64,000 nt of DNA from an uncultured cyanobacterium (GTDB lineage: Bacteria; Cyanobacteriota; Cyanobacteriia; Cyanobacteriales; Nostocaceae). Shown here piece by piece: positions 35,622 to 50,008 of the stretch. Numbering within the stretch: position 1 is the stretch's first letter; every line of letters starts with the position of its first letter. The notes beneath the pieces were generated by a model, which searched no databases, had not been told where the DNA came from, and saw only the letters and a list, made by a program, of their open reading frames with translations. Location: positions 2,464,001-2,528,000 of the forward strand of contig OY970166.1 in the NCBI GenBank assembly GCA_963706595.1, in the 5' to 3' direction. The position numbers were made by a program, and so were the translations under genes.

Positions 35622-38579
35622 TCACTGTTGAATGGGAATTTCGATCACAAATTCTGCACCTGACCCAGGTATGGAATTACAAGATAAATTTCCCCGATGT
35701 TTATCTACTATAATCTGATAACTAATAGATAGCCCTAATCCTGTACCTTTACCCACATCTTTCGTGGTAAAGAAAGGGTCAAATAATTTTGCCCGGATTT
35801 TTTCGGGAATTCCTCGACCATTATCTCCAATCCGGATTGCTACCCTGTTTTTTTTGACAACTTCAGTCATAATATGAATTTGTCTTTGTTCTCTGATCAA
35901 ATCTTCTTCCAAAGCATCAATAGCATTACTTAAAATATTCATAAATACTTGATTTAGTTGCCCTGGATAACATTGAATGGCAGGAACTTGACCATATTGT
36001 TTAATGACTAATATTTCTGGATAATTCGGTTGTAGCTTTCAGGCGGTTTTGGAGAATCATTAAAGTACTATTCAAGACCATCATGGATATTCACCTGTTT
36101 AAATTCGGATTCATCTAAACGCGAGAAATTACGCAGAGATAAAACAATTTCCCGAATTCTGTCAGTGCCTACCTGCATAGAAGTTAAGCAGTTTAATTAA
36201 GTCTTCTTTGAGAAATTCTAGGTCGATAGCTGCAATTTCTGCCTGAATTTCTGCTGGTGGATGGGGAAAGTATAATTGATAGAGTTCTACTAGCCGCAGC
36301 AAGCCTTGAGCATATTCGCCGGCTGGAATGAGATTACCATGAATAAAATTGACTGGATTATTAATTTCATGGGCGATACCCGCAACCATATTACCGAGTG
36401 AGGACATTTTCTCACTGTGAATAAGTTGAGATTGAGTACGTTGCAGTTCGTATAGAGTATTTTCTAGGTTTTGAGTTTGCTGCTGCAATTTGATTTCGGA
36501 TTGTTTGCGTTCTGTAATGTCGCTGGTAATACTTGCCAAACACAAAGGCTCACCAGTGTCAGAACTTTTAACCACAAACACGTTCATTTCAATGGGAATT
36601 GCTTCTTCAGTCTGAAAATGTCGCAAACGATATTCACCTTGCCACATACCATGCTCTATGACAGCAGGTATAATTCGCTGTTCCATTTCTTCTCGGTCTT
36701 CAGGAAGCATATAGTCAAGAAGATTGAATCCTTGGGCAACTTCTAAGCTATCAACACCCACTAGCTTGAGTCCAGCTTCATTAATGAAGAGGCATTGTCC
36801 TTCTAGAGAGGCACAACCAATCAAGTTACTGCTATTTTCAATCAGTGAGACAAACATTTGTCGCTCTTGTTCGGCTTGTTTGCTGTTTGTGATGTCGGTA
36901 GCTGTAACCACAAGCTGATGAATTTGTGCAGCACTGTCAAACAGAGGCGTGATATTCAAGAGCCACCAAGTTTCTTTCTCCTCAGCGCAGCAAAAAGACT
37001 CTTCTATTAATATGCTTTTGCCAGACTGGACACATTGCCGATAATGATCACGATAAGTATTCACCATCTCAACAGGTAGTGCCTCAGCCAAGATTTTGCC
37101 AAGAAACGATTCTAAAGGTACGGGGCTAGTTCTTAACATAGTGGGATTAAATTTGACGTAACGAAATTCTTCCCCATTGTTGATAACGTCTAAAACATAA
37201 ATGCCATAATCTACACTTTCCCAAATACTTTGTAAAAACTGTGCCTGCTCTTGAAGTGTTTCTTCTGCTTGTTTACGGTCACTAATATCAATAAAACAAC
37301 CATGCCAAATGATTTCACTCTCTGCTTGGCGTTCTGGGCGAGCAACCCCCTTGATCCATCTGTACTCACGAAAGGATGCGAAAGTTCGCCACTCATATTC
37401 AAAGTTTTGCAGTGTTTGGGCAGAATGAGCGATCGCTGCCTGCAACCGGTCTAAATCTTCAGGGTGAACATAGTTAAAAGCCAAGGTGGCATCTGTTTGA
37501 ATTTCTTCTGGCTCTAGTTCCAAAATTTCTCGACATCCTGAAGAAACGAAGGGAAAAGACATTGTGCCATCCAGATCAAGACGAAATTCAAAAAGCATAC
37601 CTGGTACATTGTCTGCGATTCGTTGCCACCTTGCTTCAGCTTGACGGAAAGCAGATGTACGCTCTTCAACCCTATTTTCTAGCTCCTCGTTCAGTTTTAT
37701 CAGTTCTGCTCCTTTTTGCTTCATCTCAGTAATATCCATAAGCACTCCACAGAAAATTATCTCTTGTTGCTCATTAGTCATAGGAGTTGAATCTCCTTGC
37801 CACCAAATGATTTCGCCATCAGGCTTCAACAATCGTCCCTCATAATGCCAAGGAGTACAATTTTCTACTACGACTTCTACGGAGGTGAAAAAACTGTCCA
37901 AATCCTCTGGATGTATTCGAGCAAAAAAGTTATTTAAATCCTGCATCATCTCGGCTGCGGTGATACCTGCAAGTTCCCAGATAAAGTCGCTTATATAGTC
38001 CACGCTCCAAATACCGTTACGGTTTGTGAACTGGAAAATCGCCCCAGGCAAATTAGCTGCGATATCTCGGAAACGTCTTTGATTATTTACTAGGGCGATT
38101 TCTGCTTGTTTGCGAGCAGTAATTACTTCTGTGAACATGATAATACCACCGACTTCGCCAAAATCTTGGTACCAAGGATGTATCTCCCATTTCATCCATT
38201 CGGTTTCTCCATTTGCACGCCAGCAAGCATCTTCGTCACATTTTTCAATGGCTCCCGCCAAACAACGTTGATGAATTTCCCGCCAATCCTGGGAAATATC
38301 CGGAAAAACTTCGTAATGCGATCGCCCAATAATATTTTCATTATCTAAGCCGTAATCTTCCCGCCAACGGCGACTCACTAACAGGTATCGCATTTGACAA
38401 TCAAATATGGCGATCGCAGCAGGTGTATACTCTATAAATAAACCCACTTGCTCTGGGCTATATTTGAGGTGATTAGGGTTTACTCGTTGACGCAGTTCTA
38501 TCAGTTCTTGTTGAAGGGATTCATAGGTATTTTTATCGACAGTGATTAGATTACCAGTCATAGTCTCGTATATTTCCAA
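35622..38579 (-). CDS. Multi-PAS sensor histidine kinase with three apparent 1-nt insertions near 36181, 36072 and 36032
   Basis: About five PAS/PAC domains and an H-box [11 protein letters not shown]. Correcting the insertions gives [24 protein letters not shown]...[17 protein letters not shown], then DPFFTTK and GTGLGL. Confidence 0.88.
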
Positions 38580-38966
38580 CTAAGAGGTTAAAGTTAACTT
38601 CCGTATCTATGTTTCCCATTCTCAAATATAAAATCTCAAATTAACTCAAAATTTATCCGGATTGATGCTAAATAAGTAAGTCTTTGAGCATTGCATTTTG
38701 CCATTTTTAGCTTGCAGAACCAAGAAGGCAGGGAAGACAAGGAGAAAGAAATTTTTTGAATATGGAATTGGGAGAATTTATTTCTGGAAAATAGCTAAAC
38801 TTAGTATCTATTAGAACTATTTTGCCATGAATTTCAGTTTAATTACCGTGATTTATCGGCAAATAATTTGACAAACAATAATGTTTTACAGCAGTTTTTG
38901 TAAAATTATGCAGAATTGATACCAGTGGCACTGAAGTTCACAGGTAATCACATAAGGGTTATTAAT

Positions 38967-39494
38967 ATGGCAAACAAAAAGTATCTTTTACCATTTATAG
39001 TAGTAGCGATCGCAGCTAGCATCAGCAGTTGTAGTTCTACTCCTAGTCCTAATTCCAGCAGTATTGAGAATGAATTACCAGATCCTACCACCATGCCAAG
39101 GGCGGCTCCAAAAACACCTGATGCAACTTCTAGAGTTTCCCCAAATCAAACTGCTAAAGTTACTTTATATATAAGTGATATCCAATGTCAAGAATTGATT
39201 CCGCAACAAGTCCCAGTACCAGCAGCAGAGCCTGTAACAGGTGCAGTAGGTAAAATTATAGAAGAACAAGATACAGCTGACTTTGACTTGTCTGCTTATC
39301 GTGTCACAGTTGAAAATGGCATTGCTACAGTTGATTTACGCCTATCTCCTTTGTCAAAGCGGCAGTTAGTTTCTCTTTCTAGTTGTGAACAGTTTGCTCT
39401 ATTTGGCAGTCTCCGCAAAACTTTAATGAGTAATGCTGAATGGAATATTAAAGAAGTTCGCTTCACTGAGCAAGGGAAGGAAGTAATTCTTTAA
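38967..39494 (+). CDS. Lipoprotein with a GerMN-like C-terminal domain
   Basis: Lipobox ISSC after a hydrophobic stretch; ATVDLR...SLSSCEQFALFGSLRKTL...IKEVRF. Confidence 0.7.
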   Translation: MANKKYLLPFIVVAIAASISSCSSTPSPNSSSIENELPDPTTMPRAAPKTPDATSRVSPNQTAKVTLYISDIQCQELIPQQVPVPAAEPVTGAVGKIIEEQDTADFDLSAYRVTVENGIATVDLRLSPLSKRQLVSLSSCEQFALFGSLRKTLMSNAEWNIKEVRFTEQGKEVIL

Positions 39495-40350
39495 AATGCA
39501 CAGGATACACTGAAGTGGAAATATGATCATCTTCATTACATATTTCTTCTATGACTTTCACATATCGTCTTGCAAAAATATGATTACTATATATGTAACC
39601 TACATTCCGCACCTTCAACTGTCACAAGCGGTAATTACTGAAAGAAAAATGTAAGCAAAGAATAAAATCAGACATTTATAGGGAGCAAAGATTTTGAGCA
39701 GTCATTAATCTAACAAAATGGTATCAGAATGTATTGTCAATGAGGAGCAATAAGAACGAGAACTAAATTTATGATGATTTGATAGATAAATGTCTATGCT
39801 AAATCTCTTCAAATTTTTCGTGCTTACATAACTGTCAAATATATTGTTTTTGATGATTTATTTTCATGCTGTAGATTCGTTCAGTACTATGAGCCTTCAT
39901 CATCCTAATTTTTTTGCTTTTCTCTTGATGTAATCTCTTTGTACTTCAATTTGAAGTGCGGAATGCGGGTTAACATCACAACAGGATTCTCCATGAATTC
40001 TGTTTTGATTTTCTGATTTCTATTTTGGTTAACAATTAATTTTTCTAAACTTTTTCTAGATTTTCATTATACTTGTGATGGCGATACATCTGCCAAACTG
40101 TAGGCGTTACGAGTCAGCAATATTGAATCCGTTAGTTCAAAAGTTACATCATGCGCTCTACCTAAATGGTAGTACGCGGCTTGACGGAATTCTTTTAGTT
40201 TGGCACATTTCATATTTGCAGATGAGGGTTGGTAGTTCTGCTCTCAGTTTCTGCTAATAGGGGGCTTGTGTTCAATCACACCCCTTATTTTTTTCTTTGA
40301 ATTTGGCTATTTAGTCTAAACTCCAGGAAATAAACCAAGAGAGAAAAACA

Positions 40351-40380
40351 AAAGCCCCTTCCATGATAGAAGAGGCTTTT
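40351..40380 (-). terminator. rrn operon terminator
   Basis: AAAAGCC(C)CTTC...GAAGAGGCTTTT hairpin just past the 5S 3' end, followed by a T-rich run on the minus strand. Confidence 0.7.
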
Positions 40381-40396
40381 ATGTTTGAAAGATAAA

Positions 40397-40514
40397 CCTG
40401 GCATCGAGCTATTTTTGCAGAGGGCTACCCCAAAACTATCGTCGCCGCAGCAGCGTTTCACCTCTGAGTTCGGGAAGGGATCAGTGTGGTTCCACCGCGC
40501 AATAAACACCAGGA
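40397..40514 (-). rRNA. rrf: 5S rRNA
   Basis: Minus strand TCCTGGTG...GGAACCACACTGATCCCTTCCCGAACTCAGAGGTGAAAC...GCCAGG. Confidence 0.97.
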
Positions 40515-40590
40515 AAGAATGGTGGGTCAGAGACCCTGAAGGCTGCACAGTCACGCGAAATAATTAGCAATTCACACAAGCAATGATCTG

Positions 40591-43419
<2,829 letters not shown>

Positions 43420-43550
43420 ACTTTTTCATTGGTGTTTTTCTGCAAACTTTTTTTCGTTCTGTTTACTTCTTTCTTTGCACTGATTTTACTCAGCACTCAT
43501 CAAAGAAGCACTCAGGACTCCAATTCGTCTGCCTGCTTTTTTTCGCGTTA

Positions 43551-43570
43551 CTATGCAGTTTTCAAGGTTC
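43551..43570 (-). promoter_or_regulatory. ITS boxA antitermination element
   Basis: GAACCTTGAAAACTGCATAG, preceded by a boxB-like hairpin CAGCAATTGATTG...CAATCGAACTGCTG. Confidence 0.75.
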
Positions 43571-43770
43571 TGGCTGGATAACTACCCAGCAGTTCGATTG
43601 TACAAGACAATCAATTGCTGAATTTCTATTCCAATTAAAAATTGAGATGTTTATAAACTGAACCAAAGATACTTTGAAAGCTTTTACCAATTCTCGAACG
43701 ACCTAGGAATGACCAACTCAGTATCTAATGGCAATTTGCTTTCGATGTTTGAGTGGATTCGGTCTCCCTA

Positions 43771-45257
<1,487 letters not shown>

Positions 45258-45441
45258 TTTGTTGTGCTTAGAGTTTTATCCGAAACAACAAGTTGTTTCA
45301 TAATCCTGTGAATTTTTTTGATTAACGTTTGGGTTTTCTTCCCAAACTAAATCTTCTTGACGAGGATTGGTTCTTATTTAGCTTTCAAAGTATTTTGTTT
45401 TCACGGTTCAGGTGTTGCGGCTCTCGCCTTGGCACTTATTT

Positions 45442-45470
45442 AAGATAACAAGTCTATTTGGTTTCGTCAA
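45442..45470 (-). promoter_or_regulatory. rrn sigma70-type promoter
   Basis: TTGACG-17 nt-TATCTT on the minus strand, with an A-rich upstream tract and a leader boxA-like GAACCGTGAAAAC. Confidence 0.7.
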
Positions 45471-46015
45471 GGGGTTGAGGAAAGTTTTTTTGAGAAGGGG
45501 AAGGAAATTGACTCTAAGCCTTTTGTGATAAGTGTTTAGCGTAATTCTGCTATCTGGATGAAGGCACATCAGAGTTGTGGGCTACCGATGGTTGAGTCTT
45601 TGTTTGTAGTGGAAGCTTCGCAGTAAGTGGGGCTGGGGGCGAATAGCCTGTTTGAATTTTGCTATATATATTATTGCTTCAACTACCATAGCTTTCTGAA
45701 TCTCATGTCTTTATGAGCCTGTGGATAGAGGCGGTAAGCTAACTCTACACAATGACTTGTCAACACTTTGGTTTGACTTGGTTTAACCCAAGCTACCAAA
45801 GATTAACTGATATGGGGACATGGCGATCGCAACCTATATCCTATATATAGATAAGTAGGCACGGATATTCATAACTATGTCAATACTGAAGAAGTCGAGC
45901 AGCGAGAGCAACGTAGCGTCAAAAATTCAAGGTGGGTTACGCTATCGCTAACCCCGATTAAGCTTAATTTATAGCTTGGAGCAGGGAGATTGCAAGGTCA
46001 GTAGAAAGTCTTTAC

Positions 46016-46615
46016 TCATCCCTCTATATATAAGTCCACAAATTTAATCACATCTACCAGCCCTTGTTGAGTCTTCAAATTTGTAAAAATAAAAGGTTTT
46101 TCACCGCGCATTTTCTGCGTATCCTGTTTCATTAAACCTAAATCTGCACCAACATAGGGCGCAAGGTCAATTTTATTAATCACCAGCAAGTCAGATTTAG
46201 TGATACCGGGGCCACCTTTGCGGGGAATTTTATCACCAGCCGCCACGTCGATGACGTAAATTGTTAAATCTACCAATTCGGGACTAAAAGTAGCTGCTAA
46301 ATTATCGCCACCACTTTCCAAAAATACTATATCTAAATCAATAAATTGGTGTTCTAATTGTTCAATAGCAGCCAAATTCATGGAAGCATCTTCGCGAATA
46401 GCTGTGTGAGGACAACCGCCAGTTTCCACTCCCAAAATGCGATCGCTTGTCAAGGCCTGAGAACGTACTAAAAACTGAGCGTCCTCTTGGGTATAAATAT
46501 CATTGGTAACAACAGCAATTTGATACTGCTCACGCAAAGCTTTACACAAAGCATCGACTAAAGCTGTCTTTCCTGAACCCACCGGGCCAGCTACCCCTAC
46601 ACGCAATGCACTCAT
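46016..46615 (-). CDS. ureG: Urease accessory GTPase
   Basis: [21 protein letters not shown] and NKID motifs; start MSALRV at 46615. Confidence 0.96.
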   Translation of the reverse strand: MSALRVGVAGPVGSGKTALVDALCKALREQYQIAVVTNDIYTQEDAQFLVRSQALTSDRILGVETGGCPHTAIREDASMNLAAIEQLEHQFIDLDIVFLESGGDNLAATFSPELVDLTIYVIDVAAGDKIPRKGGPGITKSDLLVINKIDLAPYVGADLGLMKQDTQKMRGEKPFIFTNLKTQQGLVDVIKFVDLYIEG

Positions 46616-46625
46616 TTTGCTGTAT

Positions 46626-47315
46626 CTAACTCCTAAACAACCTTGTATACTGGGTTTCATGCTGCATACTTGCTAAGGACAAACCCCAACTACAACAGAT
46701 GAGTTCGTCATCTTCCAAAGCTAGTATTTCTGCTACATCGGTGCTAATTAATGGTTGTAACTCTAGTAATAACTCTTGTCCTGCGGTTTGACCAAGGGGA
46801 ATGAGTTTGATTCCAGCCGTAATCAAGTTAGTTGCCCAACTATGCAGATATCCCAGTAAAGCAGCTTGAATATCAATTTGCCAATGAGCAACAGCAATAC
46901 CAAAAGCGATCGCATAATTGCCAGGATTACCCACTGCATTTACTAAAGGTATAATCTCTGGTTGTAGTTTACCAAGTAATTGGGTAAGCGATCGCCCCAT
47001 CTGCCAACTAGATGCTCGTAATTCTTGACTTTCCCTCGTAGCAGATAACCACATATTCCACCGACATAAACTTGAAATATCGCCTATAGTTGCCGATTTT
47101 GCGGATCTTACCATTACCGCCGCATCTAACCGAACTGCCCCATAATGTAATTCAGCTTCTAACCAATGTTTGAGGCTGTTTTGATCGGAAATAATGCCCT
47201 TTTCTACTAGCATTTCTAAGCCTTCAGAATAGCTATATGCTCCCACAGGCAAGCCAGGACTCGCTAACTGCAATATGTATAAAAAATTCGTATTATTAAG
47301 GGTGATGGTGTCCAT
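46626..47315 (-). CDS. ureF: Urease accessory protein F
   Basis: [23 protein letters not shown] and [11 protein letters not shown] motifs. Confidence 0.95.
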   Translation of the reverse strand: MDTITLNNTNFLYILQLASPGLPVGAYSYSEGLEMLVEKGIISDQNSLKHWLEAELHYGAVRLDAAVMVRSAKSATIGDISSLCRWNMWLSATRESQELRASSWQMGRSLTQLLGKLQPEIIPLVNAVGNPGNYAIAFGIAVAHWQIDIQAALLGYLHSWATNLITAGIKLIPLGQTAGQELLLELQPLISTDVAEILALEDDELICCSWGLSLASMQHETQYTRLFRS

Positions 47316-47736
47316 AAGCGCCTAATTCTGGCTGAAATGGTAAGGTTTCCTCTGTAATTTCTAGTCCCAGTTGTTCTAGCATTGTGCGTAAAACTGAATC
47401 TGGTAATAAGCGTACATAGCTAGAGGTAATTTCTACGGGTACGTGGCGATTTCCCAAATGGTATGCGGCGCGCATTAATAACAGAGGTGTTTGAGCAAAA
47501 ACTGTTAACACTGTTTCTGGTTTGGCAGTAATTCTAATTAAATTGCTATTGGTTTCGTCTTGTAAAATATCACCATCTCGCAGTAAAGTTCCTCTGGGTA
47601 AACGCAAAAATACAACTTTGCCATCTGCGGTTTCAAAGCGATGACGGCTGCGGGTGCGTTCTTCTGCTGTGAGTGCTAGGGTGAAAGTGACGGCAACACC
47701 AGGATTAGGCGGTTGACGTTGGGTTAAAGTCAGCAT
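47296..47736 (-). CDS. ureE: Urease accessory protein E
   Basis: [10 protein letters not shown] and [12 protein letters not shown] motifs. Confidence 0.95.
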   Translation of the reverse strand: MLTLTQRQPPNPGVAVTFTLALTAEERTRSRHRFETADGKVVFLRLPRGTLLRDGDILQDETNSNLIRITAKPETVLTVFAQTPLLLMRAAYHLGNRHVPVEITSSYVRLLPDSVLRTMLEQLGLEITEETLPFQPELGAYGHHHP

Positions 47737-47878
47737 AAATCAAGTTTAAATGTCATATTAACTTTGCTTTATTAGTTGCTATTACCAAAATCATTTCACC
47801 CCACCCCCAGCCCCTCCCCGCAAGCGAGGAGGGGAGCTAAAACATAGCTTGGGTAAGGTTTCCTGGTTTAATAAGTTA

Positions 47879-48403
47879 TCAAACAGACACTAAGCGTCGT
47901 AATGATTCAGCCCGGCGCTTGGCAATAGTGTTATTGGGGGCAAATTTTAGGGCTTCTTCATACATTTGTAACGCCTGAGTAGTTAATTTTTTCTTTTCGT
48001 AGGCGTGTCCCAGGTTGTTCAGTGCTGTTACGTAGTCTGGTTTACGTTTTAAAGCTTCTTTATACTGGCGAATTGCTAGGTCATATTGCTCTTGACTAAA
48101 GTAAACATACCCTAGTCCGTTATAAATAGGGGCGCTATCTTCTTCCTCTTCTTCTTCAGCAGCTTTGATGGCTTTTTGAAAGAGGGCGATCGCTTGCGAA
48201 AATACTTGTTTCTCTGAAAAAATACTGGCTAACTCGTAATATTCTTGTGCCGTACCTTTTTCTGTCTCCAATTTCTTACGTAACCTTGCTAAGGCACTTT
48301 CACGCCTGCGAGTTTTGAAAATTTGACGGAAGACATTCACGACTGCGAATGAAAGCAGACCTACAAAAATTGAAAGATAAATAATGACTAAATTTTTATC
48401 CAT
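47879..48403 (-). CDS. ycf37: Membrane-anchored TPR protein, Ycf37/Pyg7 type
   Basis: N-terminal TM helix and three TPRs (YNGLGYVY, ALNNLGHAYE), near rplT-rpmI. Confidence 0.7.
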   Translation of the reverse strand: MDKNLVIIYLSIFVGLLSFAVVNVFRQIFKTRRRESALARLRKKLETEKGTAQEYYELASIFSEKQVFSQAIALFQKAIKAAEEEEEEDSAPIYNGLGYVYFSQEQYDLAIRQYKEALKRKPDYVTALNNLGHAYEKKKLTTQALQMYEEALKFAPNNTIAKRRAESLRRLVSV

Positions 48404-48509
48404 TGTCTGCAAACACAAATATTAAAAGCTACTTCTGTCTCTATTATCTGACACTTGGGAGATGTTGGAAATCAGGGAGATATTTCTTCACTTTATTATT
48501 GAGAATTTT

Positions 48510-49361
48510 TTAAGGTAAGCCCCAATATTGAACACGTTCTTTTAGCCAACCTTCTGCGGTATATTTAGCGATCGCTTGATTTACTTGTCGTCTTAACTGA
48601 TCGTACTGCAATCCTTTGGGCATGACTACAGACAAGGGTTCCGTTGATAGCTTGGTGGGTAAAAGCCGGTATTGGGGATATTGTTGCACCCAACCACTTA
48701 GAACACTGGCATCGGCAGCAAATGCTACAACTGTATTATCTTCTGTGAGCGATCGCCCTTCTTGATATGAATTAACTCCCACTAACTCAGCTTTTGGCAC
48801 ATAGTAACGCACTTGGGCAATTGTGCTGGAGTTCTTGATTACGGCGATTTTGCGGTTTGCTAAATCAGTTAGCTGACGCACAGAGGCATCTTTTGTTACT
48901 ATTACCGCACCATCAAAATAGTAAGGAACACTGAAACTTACTAACCGGGCGCGAGACTCGGTTGCTGTGACTCTGGCGATCGCTAAATCAACTTTATTGC
49001 TTAAGACTACAGATAAGCGATCGCGGTTGGCTACTGGTTGGAATTTTACAGCATCCGCTTTCCCTAATAAATCCAACGCCAGACGCTTCGCCAAGTCAAT
49101 TTCTAAGCCTTGTAAATTACCGTCAACATCTCTAAATCCCAAAGGACGTAAGTTATCTTTGACGGCGATAGTTAAATAACCTCTTCGCTCAATTTCGGGC
49201 ATTTGGGCGGCAGATGCCATAAATCCCCAGGAAAAGCAGACAAGACAAAAGATAGTAGCGGATAATACCAGATGTAACTGATTAATTTTTAGCCCTCCTC
49301 TGCGAGACGCTACGCGAACGACTACGCTCAGGGCGAGCCATCTGTTACATCGGTAATTCAT
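48510..49361 (-). CDS. Amino-acid ABC transporter substrate-binding protein (family 3)
   Basis: IERRGYLTIAVKDNLRPLGF, GLEIDLA and TATESRARLVSFSVPYY motifs. The start is uncertain because repeats are inserted in the 5' end. Confidence 0.85.
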   Translation of the reverse strand: MNYRCNRWLALSVVVRVASRRGGLKINQLHLVLSATIFCLVCFSWGFMASAAQMPEIERRGYLTIAVKDNLRPLGFRDVDGNLQGLEIDLAKRLALDLLGKADAVKFQPVANRDRLSVVLSNKVDLAIARVTATESRARLVSFSVPYYFDGAVIVTKDASVRQLTDLANRKIAVIKNSSTIAQVRYYVPKAELVGVNSYQEGRSLTEDNTVVAFAADASVLSGWVQQYPQYRLLPTKLSTEPLSVVMPKGLQYDQLRRQVNQAIAKYTAEGWLKERVQYWGLP

Positions 49362-49373
49362 CCGTTACAACCC

Positions 49374-49730
49374 TTATGCTTTAGCTTGTAGTGCCAATTC
49401 CGCAACTTTGCCGAAACTAGCTGGATCGAGAACTGCCAATTGTGCCAACATTTTGCGATTTAGTTGGATATCAGCTTTTTTCAAATTGCCGATTAATTGA
49501 CTGTAGCTCAAACCATGTTGCCTTGCAGCCGCATTAATCCGAGCAATCCACAGACGACGAAAATCGCGCTTTTTCTTTTTGCGATCGCGGTAGGAACTGC
49601 GAAGCGCCTTCATTACCTGTTGGTTAGCGGTTCTAAACAAAGTTGAATGGGAACCACGAAAACCTTTAGCTAATTTGAGAATTTTATTGCGGCGTTTACG
49701 AGCTACATTACCGCGCTTTACTCTGGTCAT
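49374..49730 (-). CDS. rplT: 50S ribosomal protein L20
   Basis: [14 protein letters not shown]...[12 protein letters not shown]. Confidence 0.98.
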   Translation of the reverse strand: MTRVKRGNVARKRRNKILKLAKGFRGSHSTLFRTANQQVMKALRSSYRDRKKKKRDFRRLWIARINAAARQHGLSYSQLIGNLKKADIQLNRKMLAQLAVLDPASFGKVAELALQAKA

Positions 49731-49749
49731 AGTCTATTTCCTGAAAAAC

Positions 49750-49947
49750 TTACAAATAAGGAAGCATTAAACGCACGTTGTCTTCATCGCGTTCGTGTAC
49801 AAGTGTGGACTTGGACAAGCTACGCTTTTTGTTAGAAGATTTGTGTTCTAAAAGGTGGTTTTTGAAGGCTTTGCGACGCACAATCTTACCTGTACCAGTG
49901 GCACGGAAACGTTTTGCCGCAGCTTTACGAGTCTTGAGTTTAGGCAT
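49750..49947 (-). CDS. rpmI: 50S ribosomal protein L35
   Basis: [14 protein letters not shown]. Confidence 0.98.
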   Translation of the reverse strand: MPKLKTRKAAAKRFRATGTGKIVRRKAFKNHLLEHKSSNKKRSLSKSTLVHERDEDNVRLMLPYL

Positions 49948-50008
49948 GGTCTGACTTTAATTCGACACAATCCATAATTATATACTATTATTTACAGATT
50001 TAAGTGGC

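Noticed and set aside
36030..36185. Split histidine kinase as a two-gene system
   Set aside because: Three +1 insertions within about 150 nt restore a canonical kinase when removed, a pattern typical of a poor read segment.
45480..46010. Gene or RNA between ureG and the rrn promoter
   Set aside because: No ORF of 60 aa or more and no tRNA fold was seen, only a degenerate MITE-like remnant at about 45851-45975.
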